From contig NC_058368.1 in assembly GCF_018350175.1 (NCBI RefSeq), forward strand, positions 167,092,001 through 167,156,000: 64,000 bases of DNA, written 5' to 3'. The DNA is from Felis catus (Eukaryota). Below the pieces are notes generated by a model. That model had not been told where the DNA came from. It saw only the letters and a list, made by a program, of their open reading frames with translations, and did not search any database. A program made the translations under genes and the position numbers. Of this stretch, positions 12,279 to 25,619 are shown in pieces; position 1 is the first letter of the stretch, and each line of letters begins with the position of its first letter.

Positions 12279-12559
12279 TTCCATCTCTCATTTTTAGTGT
12301 ATCTGGGCTTCAAGCCTTCTTGAAGTCTATTCCTACAGTATAAATTCCAAAGATGGAATTTTAGCAAAGCTCCAGTACATGCTAATTTCCTTTAAATATC
12401 CATACAAGTATTTTAAAGGTATTTAACATATTTAAAGTTATCTCTGCCAACACAGTGAAAAATGAATAACAAGGTATATGTGACATAGAACCTCTATGAT
12501 GAAATTAAGATGTTCAAAATATATTTTGTCCTCTACTTTGACACTCATAATAATATAGA

Positions 12560-15500
12560 TACCTGTCATAACTTTTTTTGTTGTTTTTATTAATTTTCTT
12601 TAAAATTCTAGATACATATATATATATATATATGGTTTCTCATTAATACATACATGGGATTATATATGTTGGGACTTTATTAGTACAGTATTTTTGCTTC
12701 TTTTTTTCCCCACTTACTTCCTCCTAGCTTCTCTTACCTGTAAGGTATAGAATATTAACTACTTCCTATGCATACTTTTGTACTATTCTCATAGCATATA
12801 ACCATAAATGAATATACATGGGCATAAACATATATACACATATATATGGAGTTGGTCATGTTTGTTTTCAAAAATGGCATATGGTATACATACTTGTCTC
12901 CATCTTGCTTTCTCTGAAAAACGCCTCATGAAATTAGTTCAAATCAACCCTTGTGGCTCTTTGTCATTCTGTGGTATGGCTCTGTCAGAGTCCAGGACCT
13001 TGATGTACCATAAATTATTCCACCATGACTTAGTATGTTTCTAGTGTTTTGTTGTGAAAATGACTTCAGAGATAAGTTCATTTCCTTCTGGATACATTCA
13101 TATATATGGGCATTTTTCTTTGAGTGGCATAGATGCAAAGGAGCAGGATTGTTAAAGTTAGAGAGAAGGAGGTAGATAAATGATAGATGACAGATGGAAG
13201 GAAATAGACAGATTTGAATAGTGTTTCCAGACTGCTGTCCAAAATGGTTAAAACATTTTACATTTTTATCAATAACCCTTTACTCTAGTCACTACACCAT
13301 AAGTAGTAACTGGTGTTCATTTTTCTTTGTCAAGAAGTAAATATAATGCCTTCTTCCATTATCAAATTTGCTGAATATTAGTGACTTTACATTCCCTTTT
13401 GTGGTTTTCAAATACAATTTTGTAATAAACTTTCAAGATATGCATAAATGCAGCATATTCGGCATTTATCTTCTACATTCAATTTTTTACCATATCGTTA
13501 GCCTGTTGTTTGTATATTGTATCTCTGTGTAATATTATGTAGTCTACGGTAGCCATCTTTAGTTTTATAATTCCTTGTTTTCTTATTTAGGTTAAAAGAT
13601 TTTCTTTTTGCCACATTTCCTAGATTAAAATAATTTCCCCAGATTTTTTGTATGTTTTTTATGTTTTACTCTTTACATTTCAGTTTTTACCCCAGCTGGA
13701 ATTTAGTTATTGTATTCTGTAAATTGGTGATCCTAATTTATGCTACCGTCTTCCAGAGAGATGGCTAATTGAGCAAGAACCACTCTTTTAACTCTGAATT
13801 GAAATGCTGTTACATTCTGTATTAACTTTTCGTATACATTAGGATCTTTTCCTGGATTTACTATTCTGTTCTATCTCATACATACCTATACCAATACCAT
13901 ATTGTTTGGAGTTGAGGTATTCTATGCTATGACTTTTTTTTTTATAGAGTAAGTCTCCTTTATTATTAGTTTCTTTCATAATTTTCTTGATTATCTTAAG
14001 ACATGTCTTCTTTCATGTAAAATTTAATATAATTTATCCAATTGAAAAAAACAATTGAGTGCAATTTATTTTTCATTTCAAGTTTTTTTTAATCTAATTA
14101 AATAACCTTCCCTTTTTAGACATGTTCTTTATCTCCTATGTCCTTTAATAAGATTTCATTATTTTCTTTATATAGATCTTATTTCTTTCCAATTAATTAC
14201 TGAGAGTTTTATGATTTTTTCATAGTATTGTTAATAAGATATTTTTGTTATATACATTTCCAGGAGCTTATTGTTAATATATAAAAAGTTCAGAGTTTTG
14301 TGTTTTGTCTTTTATCCAAACAATTTATCACATACTCTTATTAATTCTAATGGATTTTTCTAAACCAAAGTTCTTTGGATATAGTAAGATTTGTTTCTAC
14401 CTTTTCAATATTTCTACCAGTCATTTAATTTTATTGTCTTAATGTTTTAGCTAAAGCTTCCAAGACTCTTATGAGTAATAATAATAATACAGATATCTTT
14501 GTCTCATTCTTGATTTTAATTGTAATTGTTTTGCCACTTAGAAATATACTGATTTTTGTTTTTAATAAAAGATCTTTATTATCTTTAAGTAGGTTTCTTT
14601 TATTACAAAATTTGATTTATTGGTTTTCAAAAGCTGGATGCCAAGTTTAAACAAACTATTTTTCTCTTCTATTTTTGTAATTATGTTATTTCTTTAATTT
14701 GTTTATGTAATGGATTATCCTGCTAGATTTTTGATATTTAATCAGCCCTGTATTCCTGGAATAAACTCTGCCTCATCTTAGTGCATTATTTATTTTACAT
14801 ATTGTTGGATTCTCTTTGCCAATAATTAATTTGGCATATTTGTATCTCTGTTTTTAAGTAGGATTAGACTATATATTTGTTCCATATAATCTGTACCAGG
14901 TTTGGGATTAAATTTATACCAGCTCAAAAAATTGTTAATGAAGTTTTTTATTTTCCCCATACATGAAACAATTAGATAGCATGAGAAAGTTAAATTGTTA
15001 AACAGGTAGATAGAATTCATCTATGAATCCATCTGGTCTTGGTGAGATTTTTAATGATAGCTCTATGATCACCTATTCAAACTGTTCAGTGGTAAATGGA
15101 CTTAGTATTCGTTTTGAATTGCTTTTATTACTTTATATTTTTATATAGAGTAATTTGTTCAAAGTTTTCAAAGTTTTAGCCAAATAATGGCAGTTTCTTC
15201 TATAATTCTTTTCATTTTTCTTGTCATTCAACTTCTTTCCCACACTAATTTTGATATATTTCCTCTTTATTTTTCCTTCATCAGTTTCATAATTGGAACA
15301 CTTTGATCTCTTTAATTGCTGATTTCATGAAATCAGCTTTTTAAATGAATTTTATGGCTCCCACTAATTTTTTCTACTTTAGCAATTTCAGATTCATCTC
15401 TTTTTCTAATTCATTTTTCACTTCTTTTTTATTTTTCTTTTCTTTTGCCAGTTTCTTAAGATAAGTATTTGTTATTTCATATAGTTGATATTGTCATGTT

Positions 15501-17450
15501 TAATATGGGTTGTGATGAAGGGGATACATTTCCTTCTCATTTCAGTGATGTGAAGAAATAATATGCAGTTCTATATTCCCTGCTTTCTTGAATTGGTAAT
15601 GTCAATTTTTATCTCCTCTTTGATAGAAGAATAATTGAGGAGTACGTTTTTAAATTTTTAAGTAGTTGAATTGAGTTCCTGCACTTATTGCTTAATTTCT
15701 TTGGTTAAAGGATGTGATCTTTAATTGGATGTGGTCTAATTTGTTTTTACTTGTTGAGGTTTTCTTAATGGTCAGGTATCTCATCAAGCTTTTTTTAAAT
15801 ATTCTATGGACAAATAAAGAAGATTTATATTTTCTTTTGAAGAATGTAAGTTGTATTAAAATGAGTATATTGATCATAGTAATCAAATTCTCTATATATC
15901 TTTTCATATTTTTGTCTATTATGCGCATTCAGTTTTGAAAGGGGTATTTGATTGAATTATATCTCTTCTTGGTTTATTTAAATTTTGGGCCATTTAATTC
16001 TACTTTATCTATTAATATATCACTTCTGTATTCTTTTGTATATAGTTGTATGATTTTTAACCCATATTTTTATTTTCTACTTTTTAGTATTTTAGGTGTT
16101 TTTCTAATATTTTCTAATATTAGAGTCCCATTTTTAATAAACCATTTAGCCTGTTCACATCTGATGAAATAAAGAATGTATTTGATTTTATTCTATTTTA
16201 CATACATATATGCCTGTTAAACAGTAGAGGTTTGAACTGCATAAGTCCACTTATACAGATTTTTTGTTTTTTATCAATACAGTACAATACTGTAAATGTG
16301 TTTTGTCTTCCTTATGATTTTCTTATTACCATTTTCTTTTCTCTGGCTTTTAAAAAATATATAGTATGTAATATATTTTATGTACAAAATATGTGTTATT
16401 GACTATGTTATTGGTAAGGCTTCCAGACAACATTAGGCTGTTAGTAGTAAAGTTTGTGGGAAGTCAAAAGTTACACACAGATTTTCGACTGCATGGAGAT
16501 TTTTGACTGCGTGACTGTACAAGGTCACTGTCCATGTTTATGTTGTTCTTCTCTCCTGGTAAAGTTTGATTCTCTTTTTTCCTCAGTTAATTAGGAAGTT
16601 CTGCCTTTTCAATATTTAGTTACCTTTTTTCTTGGTACTTCTGTTAAAATATGTATTTCTCTACAATTATTAGAAAGGAAATACGAGTTACTTTTCTTGC
16701 CAAGACACTCTTTTTTTTTTCCATACAGACATTCTCCCAAATGCCAATAAGATGAAACCTATAGAAAACTTTCATTCTTGTGTAAATACAAATATCTATC
16801 TTTAACTCTAAAAAGGAAGTGCTATTTTGGCTAGGTATAAAATTTTGGGGTTACAGTTCTTTGCTTTTAGTTTCACAGACATTATACAGTTGTTTTTCTA
16901 GTTTCTAGTGATGCCTATGAGAGGTATATTTTGTTTAGCTCTTTTTTTCAGCTAATATATTCTTTATTTGTAGCAATATACAAATTCTTTTTCTTATTGT
17001 TGGATTTTTTGAAAATTTATCAGGATATGTCTAGGTGTATGTTTTATCTCATTAAGTTTGTCTAGAACCAGTGTACCCTTTCAGTATGCAATCCCTGTCC
17101 TTAAGAGATATTTTATGTTGTTTATTATTATGTGCCCTCATTTTTACTTAATTCCTTCTGGAACTCCTAATAGTAAATATTAATATTTAGTATATTCTCC
17201 AAATTTATGTTTTTATTTTCTTATAATTTTAATCTTTTTCTATTCCTGCTCTTCACCTTAAGGTATTACTTCCAGTTGTCTTCCAGGTGACTAATTCAGG
17301 TCTCATTGGTAACCAAACTTATCTTCAGTTCACCTGTTAACTTTCATTTTCGTTTGAAAATGAGGACTTTTTTCTTTCAGAAAGTCTTTTGCAGTGTACA
17401 TTTATCTTCATAAGTATTCTCAATTTTTGTTATACAAGTCCTTTTCATTG
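12560..17450 (-). mobile_element. Old degraded L1M fragments
   Basis: T-rich antisense L1-like motifs (e.g. tattcctggaataaactc, tagaattcatctatgaatccatctggtcttggtg); boundaries approximate. Confidence 0.7.
16222..16530. mobile_element. TcMar-Tigger non-autonomous DNA transposon fragment within L1
   Basis: ggtttgaactgcataagtccacttatacagatttt...gggaagtcaaaagttacacacagattttcgactgc typical of short Tigger elements. Confidence 0.7.
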
Positions 17451-17928
17451 GGTACCACTCTTATCCATGTTCACTGTGATTTCCAAGCCAACTTTTCCAG
17501 CTCACTGTGGCTCAAGTCTGTATTCTGAGTCATAGCAGTCCTAAAAGAGATCGAATTAAAACATTCTATTCCACCATGGGCAAGGAAGGGAGCAGCAGAC
17601 AGGTTGCCATTCTCTAAGATATTGGAATGAAATCTCCTTGGTATCCATTCTTCTCACATATTCCTTGCCTCAGGAATAGGGTAATAATAGCCTCACCACT
17701 CAGCAACTTTTCAGATTCTTCTCAACCAACAAGACCAGTTTAATTCCTGTGGGTCTGTTACTGAAGTTTATGTCTTCTAGATTCTGAGACTAAATTTTTA
17801 CCAGAATTTTTTTATACCAAGTCTTGACTTGAGGCTTTCTGATTCTAGATTCCAGCTTATTGCTTGACTCAAGGGAGAGAAAGTCACTACTGCTTTTCCC
17901 TACTAAATCTCCTTTGACTAATACTCAT

Positions 17929-18066
17929 TTGTCCACAATCCCAGAAACCACTTGCTTCAGGAGACACAGGTTGATTGGAGCCACGCAATAAAGAAAAGTA
18001 AGATATATCCAGGTAGCCATATTCCCAGAATCCTCTTCAGTGGTCAAAATAGTAAATATGCTTATT
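17929..18066 (-). pseudogene. Exon remnant, 138 nt, phase 0 to 0
   Basis: attatag|AAT AAG CAT; NKHIYYFDH*RGFWEYGYLDISYFSLLRGSNQPVSPEASGFWDCGQ|atgagt (donor G to A). Confidence 0.72.
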
Positions 18067-18572
18067 CTATAATCATTTAACCATATTATGTTAGAACTAA
18101 GCACTAAAAAATGGGATAATAAATGTTTCCCCCTTGTCTTCACTACTTAGCAATTTTTTTTCAAAACATGTGTATCTTCCTGTCTCTCTTGTTTCCCTCA
18201 GAATTCTTCATTACTCCTTTTCTAGTATACCCATGGCATCTGCTGAACACCTCAATTGCTCTAGCACTTCTCATGTTGTTGTAATTAATTATGAACATGT
18301 CTGTCATTGAAGAGCAAAGTGTTGTTTATTCCTGAACCCAAAACAGTTGTGGTAGCTATGCAAGAAATTAAAGTGGCTTTGCAAGAAATTATTAAATAGT
18401 TGCATTTGCTATCAAAGACTCATTCCTTAAAATCTAGTTTTGAAAAATATTTTCTTTTCAACGTTTAAGCTTCAGCGTTCAAAAATTTTATCTATAGCAC
18501 TAGGAAATCACATTTGAGGGGGAAAGCAGTGTTTTCTCAAAGGAAAGAAACCTATAAATGTTATTACAATCA

Positions 18573-18574
<2 letters not shown>

Positions 18575-18612
<38 letters not shown>
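18575..18612 (+). repeat. (TAA)n microsatellite
   Basis: Direct reading. Confidence 0.95.
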
Positions 18613-18656
18613 TGTTGTTGTTGTAGAGACTGTTACTGGAATTAATTTTACTTCAC

Positions 18657-18846
18657 CTTAAAGCAGTGGTCTGGTTTAAACCACAACACCTGGCTTTTGA
18701 AATAGGTAGATGATACACTAAATCACCATCTTGAACGTATGATTGAAACCGTTTTTCCGGGAATAATGATCTTATATCCTCAACTTTATCACTGAAAGTA
18801 GGCGTATATATAAAGCATATGATTAATGCCAAGGCCTGAACTATAG
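18657..18846 (-). pseudogene. Exon remnant, 190 nt, phase 2 to 0
   Basis: ttttctacag|C TAT AGT; YSSGLGINHMLYIYAYF...YFKSQVLWFKPDHCFK|gtgaag. Confidence 0.72.
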
Positions 18847-19417
18847 CTGTAGAAAAAGGGTTCTCTGTGATGGACTTGGGAGCCATGCAGTTTGGGGTTC
18901 ACATCTGACTTTCACCTTACCAGCAATGTGAGGAAGTTATTTAACTCTCTGAATTCATTTCCTTACATATAAAACAAGATTAATAGTAGTTGCCTTACAG
19001 TGTTCTTATAAATATTAAATGTAAGAGTCAAAGTGACACATTATTAATATGTTGCTATTCTTTTTACTTCAATTAGCAATGTTGTGGTATTAATTAACCA
19101 ACCTACTGTATAGTATAAAAACCAACATGTTGCTCTAGTAACTGCGTTGGGAATAATTCCAAATAGTGGAAAAAAAAAAAAAGGTGAATTACTGAACCAG
19201 AGCACTTAAAATAAAACAATAATAATGTTTTATGCTGAATTTAGATGACAAGAATAAATAGATATTGTTGATTATCATAGCAAACTTCCAATAGAAAATA
19301 TATTGGAGTTTATCTTTTGTAAGTAATTAGATAATCTAGAATCATATATCTTTAACTTTCACAAATTTTACATAGATTAAAAAATGTCTGTTATTTCTCT
19401 GATCATGTTTAAATGTG

Positions 19418-19635
19418 AGGGGTACCTGGATGGTTCAATTCAGTTAAACGTCCAACTTCAGCTCTGGTCATGATCTCACGGTTCGTGGGTTTGAGTCTCA
19501 CATCAGTCTGTGTGCTGACAGCTCAGAGCCTGGAGCCTGCTTTGAATTCGGTCTCCCTTTCTCTGCCCCTCTCCCCACTCACACTCTGTCTCTCTCTCTC
19601 TCTCTCTCAAATTAATATACTTAAAAATAAAATTG
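19418..19635 (+). mobile_element. CanSINE
   Basis: ggggtacctggatggttc head, (CT)n, A-rich tail. Confidence 0.92.
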
Positions 19636-19950
19636 AAATGTAAAAACCTCACATTATATATAGCAGCAAAAAATTCCAGATAGAATATTATCGAATCTGG
19701 TGAACATTTTCTTCCTAAAGATATATACATTCTCTCTCTCTCTGTCTCTCAGTTGCTTCCTCCCAAAAAATAAGCTTATCTACCTTCTCATAAAGCTGAA
19801 TGACTTTTAAAAACAGAAATTGAGAATATGAAGAGAATATTATGTAAGCAGTGAAATATACATGGGCTATAAAACACATCTTCAATACACTCTCCTCACC
19901 CTTTTTTCAGGATTATTTGATTTCAGTATTGCCTATAGAAGTGGTCTCCA

Positions 19951-20151
19951 GAGAGGGGAAGGGAAAAAAAAAAAAAGAGAGTGAGGGAGCCAAACCATAA
20001 GAGACTCTTAAAAACTAGAATAAACTGAGCGTTGATGGGGGGGTGGGAAGGAGGGGAAAGTGGGTGATGGGCATTGAGGGGGGCACCTGTTGGGATGAGC
20101 ACTGGGTTGTGTATGGAAACAAATTTGATAATAAATTTCATATTAAAAAAA
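19951..20151 (+). mobile_element. 5'-truncated carnivore/felid L1 3' UTR insertion
   Basis: aaaccataagagactctta...gggcacctgttgggatgagcactgggttgtgtatggaaac...aataaa + poly-A; TSD agaagtggt(c/t)tcca at 19937-19950 and 20152-20165. Confidence 0.9.
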
Positions 20152-20301
20152 AGAAGTGGTTTCCAAACATTTTATATGGTACTTTGCAAGATACATATAT
20201 TTTTATAAGCTGATTATAGATATTAATACTATATTATACATTTTTAAAGTATTATGAATGAATATTTTTTAAAAGATAAATATAAATAAGACTCACATTT
20301 T

Positions 20302-20490
20302 GGGGTGCCTGGGTGGCTCAGTCAGTTAAGCAACTGACTTTGGTCAAGGTCATGATCTCAGGGTTCCTGAGTTTGAGCCCTGCATAGAGCTCTGCACTTA
20401 CAGTGTGGAGCCTAGTTGGGATTCTCTTTCTCTCTGCCCCCTCTACCCCCTCAAGATAAGTAAATAAACTTAAAAAACAAAAACAAAAAA
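20302..20490 (+). mobile_element. CanSINE
   Basis: ggggtgcctgggtggctcagtcagttaag head, A-rich tail. Confidence 0.92.
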
Positions 20491-20665
20491 CACTACACAG
20501 TGAAATCTATTTTTAAAAAATAGGAAGTACGGAGAAATGTTAGTCTTTTTACTTTTTTTTATAAATTAAGGACTAACATTTCCCTGTACTTCTATCTTCT
20601 GTTCTCCTAGCCCAGAAGGCTAAAAAGGAAAGGAGGTGAAAAGGAATAAATGACTCTCTGACTTC

Positions 20666-20872
20666 CTTTCTGGCCCAAGAGTTCTGCTTCTGTCTTTATG
20701 TCTTTAAGAGCAGTTTCCACTCTTGCTTTCATATGTCATCTCCCAGTGATAGAATCCAGTAGCACCAGGCACCATGGCCAAATACAGTTTCATATTCTGT
20801 CTAGATTTTATAAATCAGATGCGACATATAAGCCAGTTCTGTCATATACTAGCAAATGTGGTAAGTTCTTAC
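20666..20872 (-). pseudogene. Exon remnant, 207 nt, phase 2 to 2
   Basis: tttgctatcag|G; *ELTTFASI*QNWLICRI*FIKSRQNMKLYLAMVPGATGFYHWEMTYESKSGNCS*RHKDRSRTLGPE; donor degenerate (gaagtc). Confidence 0.6.
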
Positions 20873-21298
20873 CTGATAGCAAATTATAAACATGTCAATA
20901 TCATAAAAAATATTCTATCTTATATTAAAATATTTTCACATCATACATAATAAATTGTATGTAAACTGAAACCTACTGTTAATTCCTAAACATAAGTATA
21001 TTAGTTTTACAAATCCATTTAAAACCATTTCTACACTACTTAAGGTAAAGTGAATAACATTTTTTTACATTGCATAAATTACAGCACAGCATTATTTATG
21101 ATATCTAAACCATTATATTAGGCTTTAAAGTCAAGGATATTTGAAGCAGGGTTCCGTGACTGATCGATCGATCGATTGATTGATTTTGCTGGTTTGTGTC
21201 ATTCCAACTGGCTGAGGGCTCAACCAGATAACAGTGTTCAGTGATTTGCAAGTGTGAATGTTTATCTTCACAAGCAAAAGGGCTTCAGCTTAAATTAC

Positions 21299-22292
21299 TC
21301 ATTGTCTTTAAATGGAATTTAAGAAATAGAGCAAAATGTTTGGGTTGAAGCTAAATAAGATTTTATGGATTTGTATTGCCCCGTATTTGTAAATTCAGTA
21401 TCTTGTACTGTAAGACAGAGGTGAAATTTCTCTAACTTGGAATCGTCCCTATTAATTCTCCAAAATATGTTACAACAGTCAATGAGCACTTCCAATCAGT
21501 AGATCAGAATGGTGCAGAATAATTTTTGGAATCACATCTTAAGTGATTCTAACTCATTAAGATCAAAAGTCATTGTTAATCGGACAGGAGAGAATTTCCA
21601 GAGTAAATCTTTTCAGTGATTTGCCAGAAAAATTGCTGACCAATGAGAATCAAAATTGTTACTTACAGATATAATTTCTGAAAGGAGGAAAACCCAAAAG
21701 AGGAAAGCAGCTCTGTCTATCCTAGGAAATCTTCCCTCTCAATCAGGGGGCTTGAAGAAAGAGCTACAAACCGCAAGTGGGTGCTCCAGGAAAATCATTT
21801 CTCTAACAGATTTGACACATCTTGCAATGGATTCACACTGCCTTGGCAAGCAAATGGATTAGCTTTGATGGTGTTGCCAATAAAGCCACAGTCTTTTGTT
21901 GCTGCGCAAACACATTTCTCTCTTTCTTTATATGGCCTCCAGCAAACTACACATGTTACTTTTGTTTGGGTAATTTACGGTCTTGGAAAAGGAAGTATGA
22001 AACTACTTTTCAGAGTAAACCATTGAAACTCCTTGGCTGGCAGCATCAGAATCACTAGCTTCAGAAATATCACCACAAAGCGTTCTCTGATCAAATGGAA
22101 ATACTCAGAGCAGGGGGAAAAAAATCTTCTTAAAACCAACCAGCAAAATTCCCACAAATCTTTGTTCATAAAGCTTGTTTTTTACAAGCCATCTGTTTTC
22201 CAAATAGACCATATTCTTGGCCTTGAACATCCCTCTTTATGTTCCTTTCAACAGTGCTCCCCATTATTTATCTATAAGATTACTAAAGATCT
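21299..22292 (-). pseudogene. Exon remnant, 994 nt, phase 1 to 2, one continuous frame
   Basis: ctcattttag|AG ATC...AAT GA|gtaatt; includes GMFKAKNMVYLENRWLVKNKLYEQRFVGILLVGFKKIFFPLL, EGRFPRIDRAAFLFWVFLLSEIISVSNNFDSHWSAIFLANH*KDLLWKFSPVRLTMTFDLNELESLKM*FQKLFCTILIY*LEVLIDCCNIFWRINRDDSKLEKFHL; 11 stops in 330 codons. Confidence 0.8.
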
Positions 22293-22654
22293 CTAAAATG
22301 AGAACACTAACTCATTTCATACCATCTAAGTTGCTATTGTCTCAAGAAAATTTTTTAAAAATTTAAAGTAAAAAATTTATATATATTATTTCTTCGGCAT
22401 TTCTTAATACTCAATTCAACCATTGCTTTAGTCAATACTACAGTTTACTTGTTTGATAGCTTGTTTGTTTGTTTTGATGTTTACATTTTCTTCATATTTT
22501 AGATTTTTTTTTTTTACATAATGAGAATCTCCTACTTACATAATCTGGAAATGAGACAGTAAATTAGTATTTTACAGGGTATAGAAAATACTTTTCCATA
22601 GTTTTTGTCAAGAGGAGTTTGATGCTTTTATCTATAAAATAAATTTAATTAAAA

Positions 22655-22862
22655 ATTTATTTTTTAATGTTTATTTTTGAGAAAGAGAGACAGAGCACAA
22701 GTGGAGGAGGGGCAGAAAGAGAGGGAGACATGGAATCTGAAGCAAGCCCCAGGCTCTGAGCTGTCAGCACAGATCCAGATGCAGGGCTGGAACCCACACA
22801 CCGCGGAATCATGACCTGAACTGAAGTTGGATGCTTAACCAACTGAGCCATCCAGGCGCCCC
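22655..22862 (-). mobile_element. CanSINE
   Basis: aatgtttatttttgag...gagccatccaggcgcccc. Confidence 0.95.
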
Positions 22863-23029
22863 TATAATTTTAATTTAATATGCAGTGATTTTTACGTTTT
22901 TCTTAAAAATATAATAATATTAGATCAACCCAAAGAACATTAAAAAGAAATTCCAACTCTCTAGCTCTAGTGGTGATTGAAATTAAAAGCAAACTTTAAA
23001 TTTTTTTTTCTTTTAAGATGTTCATATTC

Positions 23030-23725
23030 AATGATTTGGAAAATGCAAATCAAAACTACAATGGAATATCTTCACACTCATTTAGATGGCTATTATTTAA
23101 AAAATGGTATACTCTCTGTGGAAAACATTATGGCAGTTCTTCAGAAAATTAAACATAGAATTACTATGTGATCCAGCAACTCCATTTCTAAGTATATGTA
23201 TGTGCAAAAGTAATAAAACAAGAACTGAGAAATTTGCACCAATGTTCATAGCAGCATAATTCATAAGGGCCAAAAGGTAGAAACAGCTCAGTGTCTATGG
23301 ATGAATGAATGGATTTAAAAATGTAGTATACACATGTGACGAAATATTTTTCAGCCTTTAGAAGCAATGAAATTCTGCCATATGCGACCATACAGATGAA
23401 CCTTGAAGAGATTTCTAATGAAAGAAACTAGGCACCAAAGGACAAATGTTGTATGATTCCGCTTGTGTGAGGTATCCAGAGTAGTGAAATTAATAGAAAC
23501 ATGAACTAGAATAGTAGTTACCAGGCACTGTGGGGTTTGGGGAATGAGGATTTGTTTAATGGATACAGTGTTTCAGTTTTGGAAAATGAAAAAGTTCTGG
23601 TGATGGATGGTGGTAATGGTGGCACAACAATGTGAATATACTGAATGCCAGTAACTACACACATAACAATAGAAGAAATGGCAAGTTTCACTGTGTATAT
23701 TTTACTCTAATAAATTTAAATAAAA
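23030..23725 (+). mobile_element. L1MB-like 3' end
   Basis: aaatgcaaatcaaaactacaatg, gatccagcaactccatttct, aaaagttctggtgatggatggtggtaatgg. Confidence 0.85.
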
Positions 23726-23911
23726 ATGTTTCTTAACATAGATTAAATTAAGTAAAATTAAGTATTCGCGTTATTTTTGAAATTATTTTGCCCACTTAAC
23801 CCAGAAAGTTAATCAGCTTCGTGACCTAAGATGTTAAAAGAAATTTTAATACTCTATTTTGGGCTTAGAAGCATCCATGGATAGTTGGGACCCAATAAAT
23901 CTAAATTTTAC

Positions 23912-24170
23912 CTGAAGCTTATGCTAAGGAGACCATCTTTAAAAGTCCTTAATGAGTTAGACATTCTAAAGATAGGTTCAGGAAGCCTGATAACCCAACT
24001 CCTTTTAAGATCTAGTGAGGTTGCCTCTACGAAGGAACGTAAATAATATGATCCTCTTCATGTCTAGAGGAAGACTGAGAAATATTATTATTGATATCCA
24101 GAGAGTTACTTGTAGGGGTTCAGAAGAGAATCAAGTTTCTGTTAGCTAATGAAGTAAATATCCTCCACAC
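23912..24170 (-). pseudogene. Exon remnant, 259 nt, frame ambiguous
   Basis: aatagtacag|GTG...CAG|gtaaaa; candidate peptides VWRIFTSLANRNLILF and RGSYYLRSFVEATSLDLKRSWVIRLPEPIFRMSNSLRTFKDGLLSISF. Confidence 0.62.
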
Positions 24171-25354
24171 CTGTACTATTTTAGAAACTTCTCTTGAATG
24201 CATCCATAGCCTACATTTTCCAAAATACATTTGTGTGTGACTTGTATGGACCATATAACTCAGACATGAGTTATTAATCCACCACTTTGGATTCTTCTTT
24301 ATTTTCCTTTTATGCTCATTGTTTTGTTTTTGTTTTGCTTTGATTTGTCTTGCTTTGGTTGGGGAAGAAGTTAGGAAACTTTAACATTTAAGTACGTTTA
24401 ACAAGGATTTCATAATAATAAATTCTGCCACTACAAGCCATGTTTAGAACGTTTAAATGTTTAGAAGGTTTTGGTTATTCATAATGAATTGATAGTCAAA
24501 CCACAAAATAAACAGGATCTAAGTCATTTTAAAATGACCAAATGTCCTGTGGTGTTTTTTGTTGTGTTGTTGGTGGTTGTAAGTTGCTGTTGTTATTATA
24601 GGAAATAAAGTTATTTTTACTACCATTAAATATCCTTTACATTCACTATTTAAGAAAATGAAAGGAACATGTTACTTTTTCCTCACTTCATCTCCTTAGA
24701 ATGTAAACAACTATAAAACTCAACATTTATATTGTGTACATTCTTTCAAGAGAAAAGTATAATAAAAAGCAGGTTACTAATAATGAGGGGAAAGAACATA
24801 CCATGTGGACACCACTTCATTGCTTTTAGCCAGTGTAGACTTGCATTGAGGAACACGTGTGTGCGTGCAAGCACACACATACATACTTAGTTACCCTTAC
24901 TTTGAGCACTGTAAATTTATATTGAAACCATTTTTGACTTCTGGGAGTGTTAAAAAGTTCTAGTGAATCTAGAAATTTTTCCAGTATTTTGGCTTTTACA
25001 TATGCATGGATGTTTACATGTGTTTATAGATTCAAATAAACCAAATTACCGATGGTTTTACATTTATATGAATAATGTATTTTCAACATTCTCTTTTTCA
25101 ATCTGTGATAACTGTATGAATTTAGGATTTCTGATAACTAGGAACATGAATGCTCTAATTTTCATGTTAACTTGCTATTTCAAAGGCTATCTATTCTACT
25201 ATTCAGCCTGTAGGCACAACTTCATCAGAGCCATTCCAGGCAGATGTCTCTTTATTCCACTTGTAACCTAAGGATGATCCTGTTTCCCCAGCCTGCAAAA
25301 GGCATTCTGGGTGTCTCTTAGGACAGAACACCCTCTTCAGAGAACTATACTCAC

Positions 25355-25593
25355 AGCTTGTTTTGGAAGAACCCCTCTCAAAGATAAAACTACTTCAAAT
25401 GTTTTACCCTATTAGTAACTTTAGGCCAGTCCCACTAGCCACGACTTCAACTAGCTTCTATCTGAGTATAGATTATTCTAGGCTTTTGTTAAGGGAAAAA
25501 TCAATTGTTTTGAAGGTCACCTGTATATGGTCCTCAGTTCAGCATTTTTTCACTGTCAATGTGGAATTTACTCATTGTATTTTCTGCTATCAC
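25355..25593 (-). pseudogene. Exon remnant, 239 nt
   Basis: ctaatgcag| acceptor, CT|gtgagt donor; TEDHIQVTFKTIDFSLNKSLE*SILR*KLVEVVASGTGLKLLIG. Confidence 0.6.
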
Positions 25594-25619
25594 CTGCATT
25601 AGATATCCAAGCATTTTAT

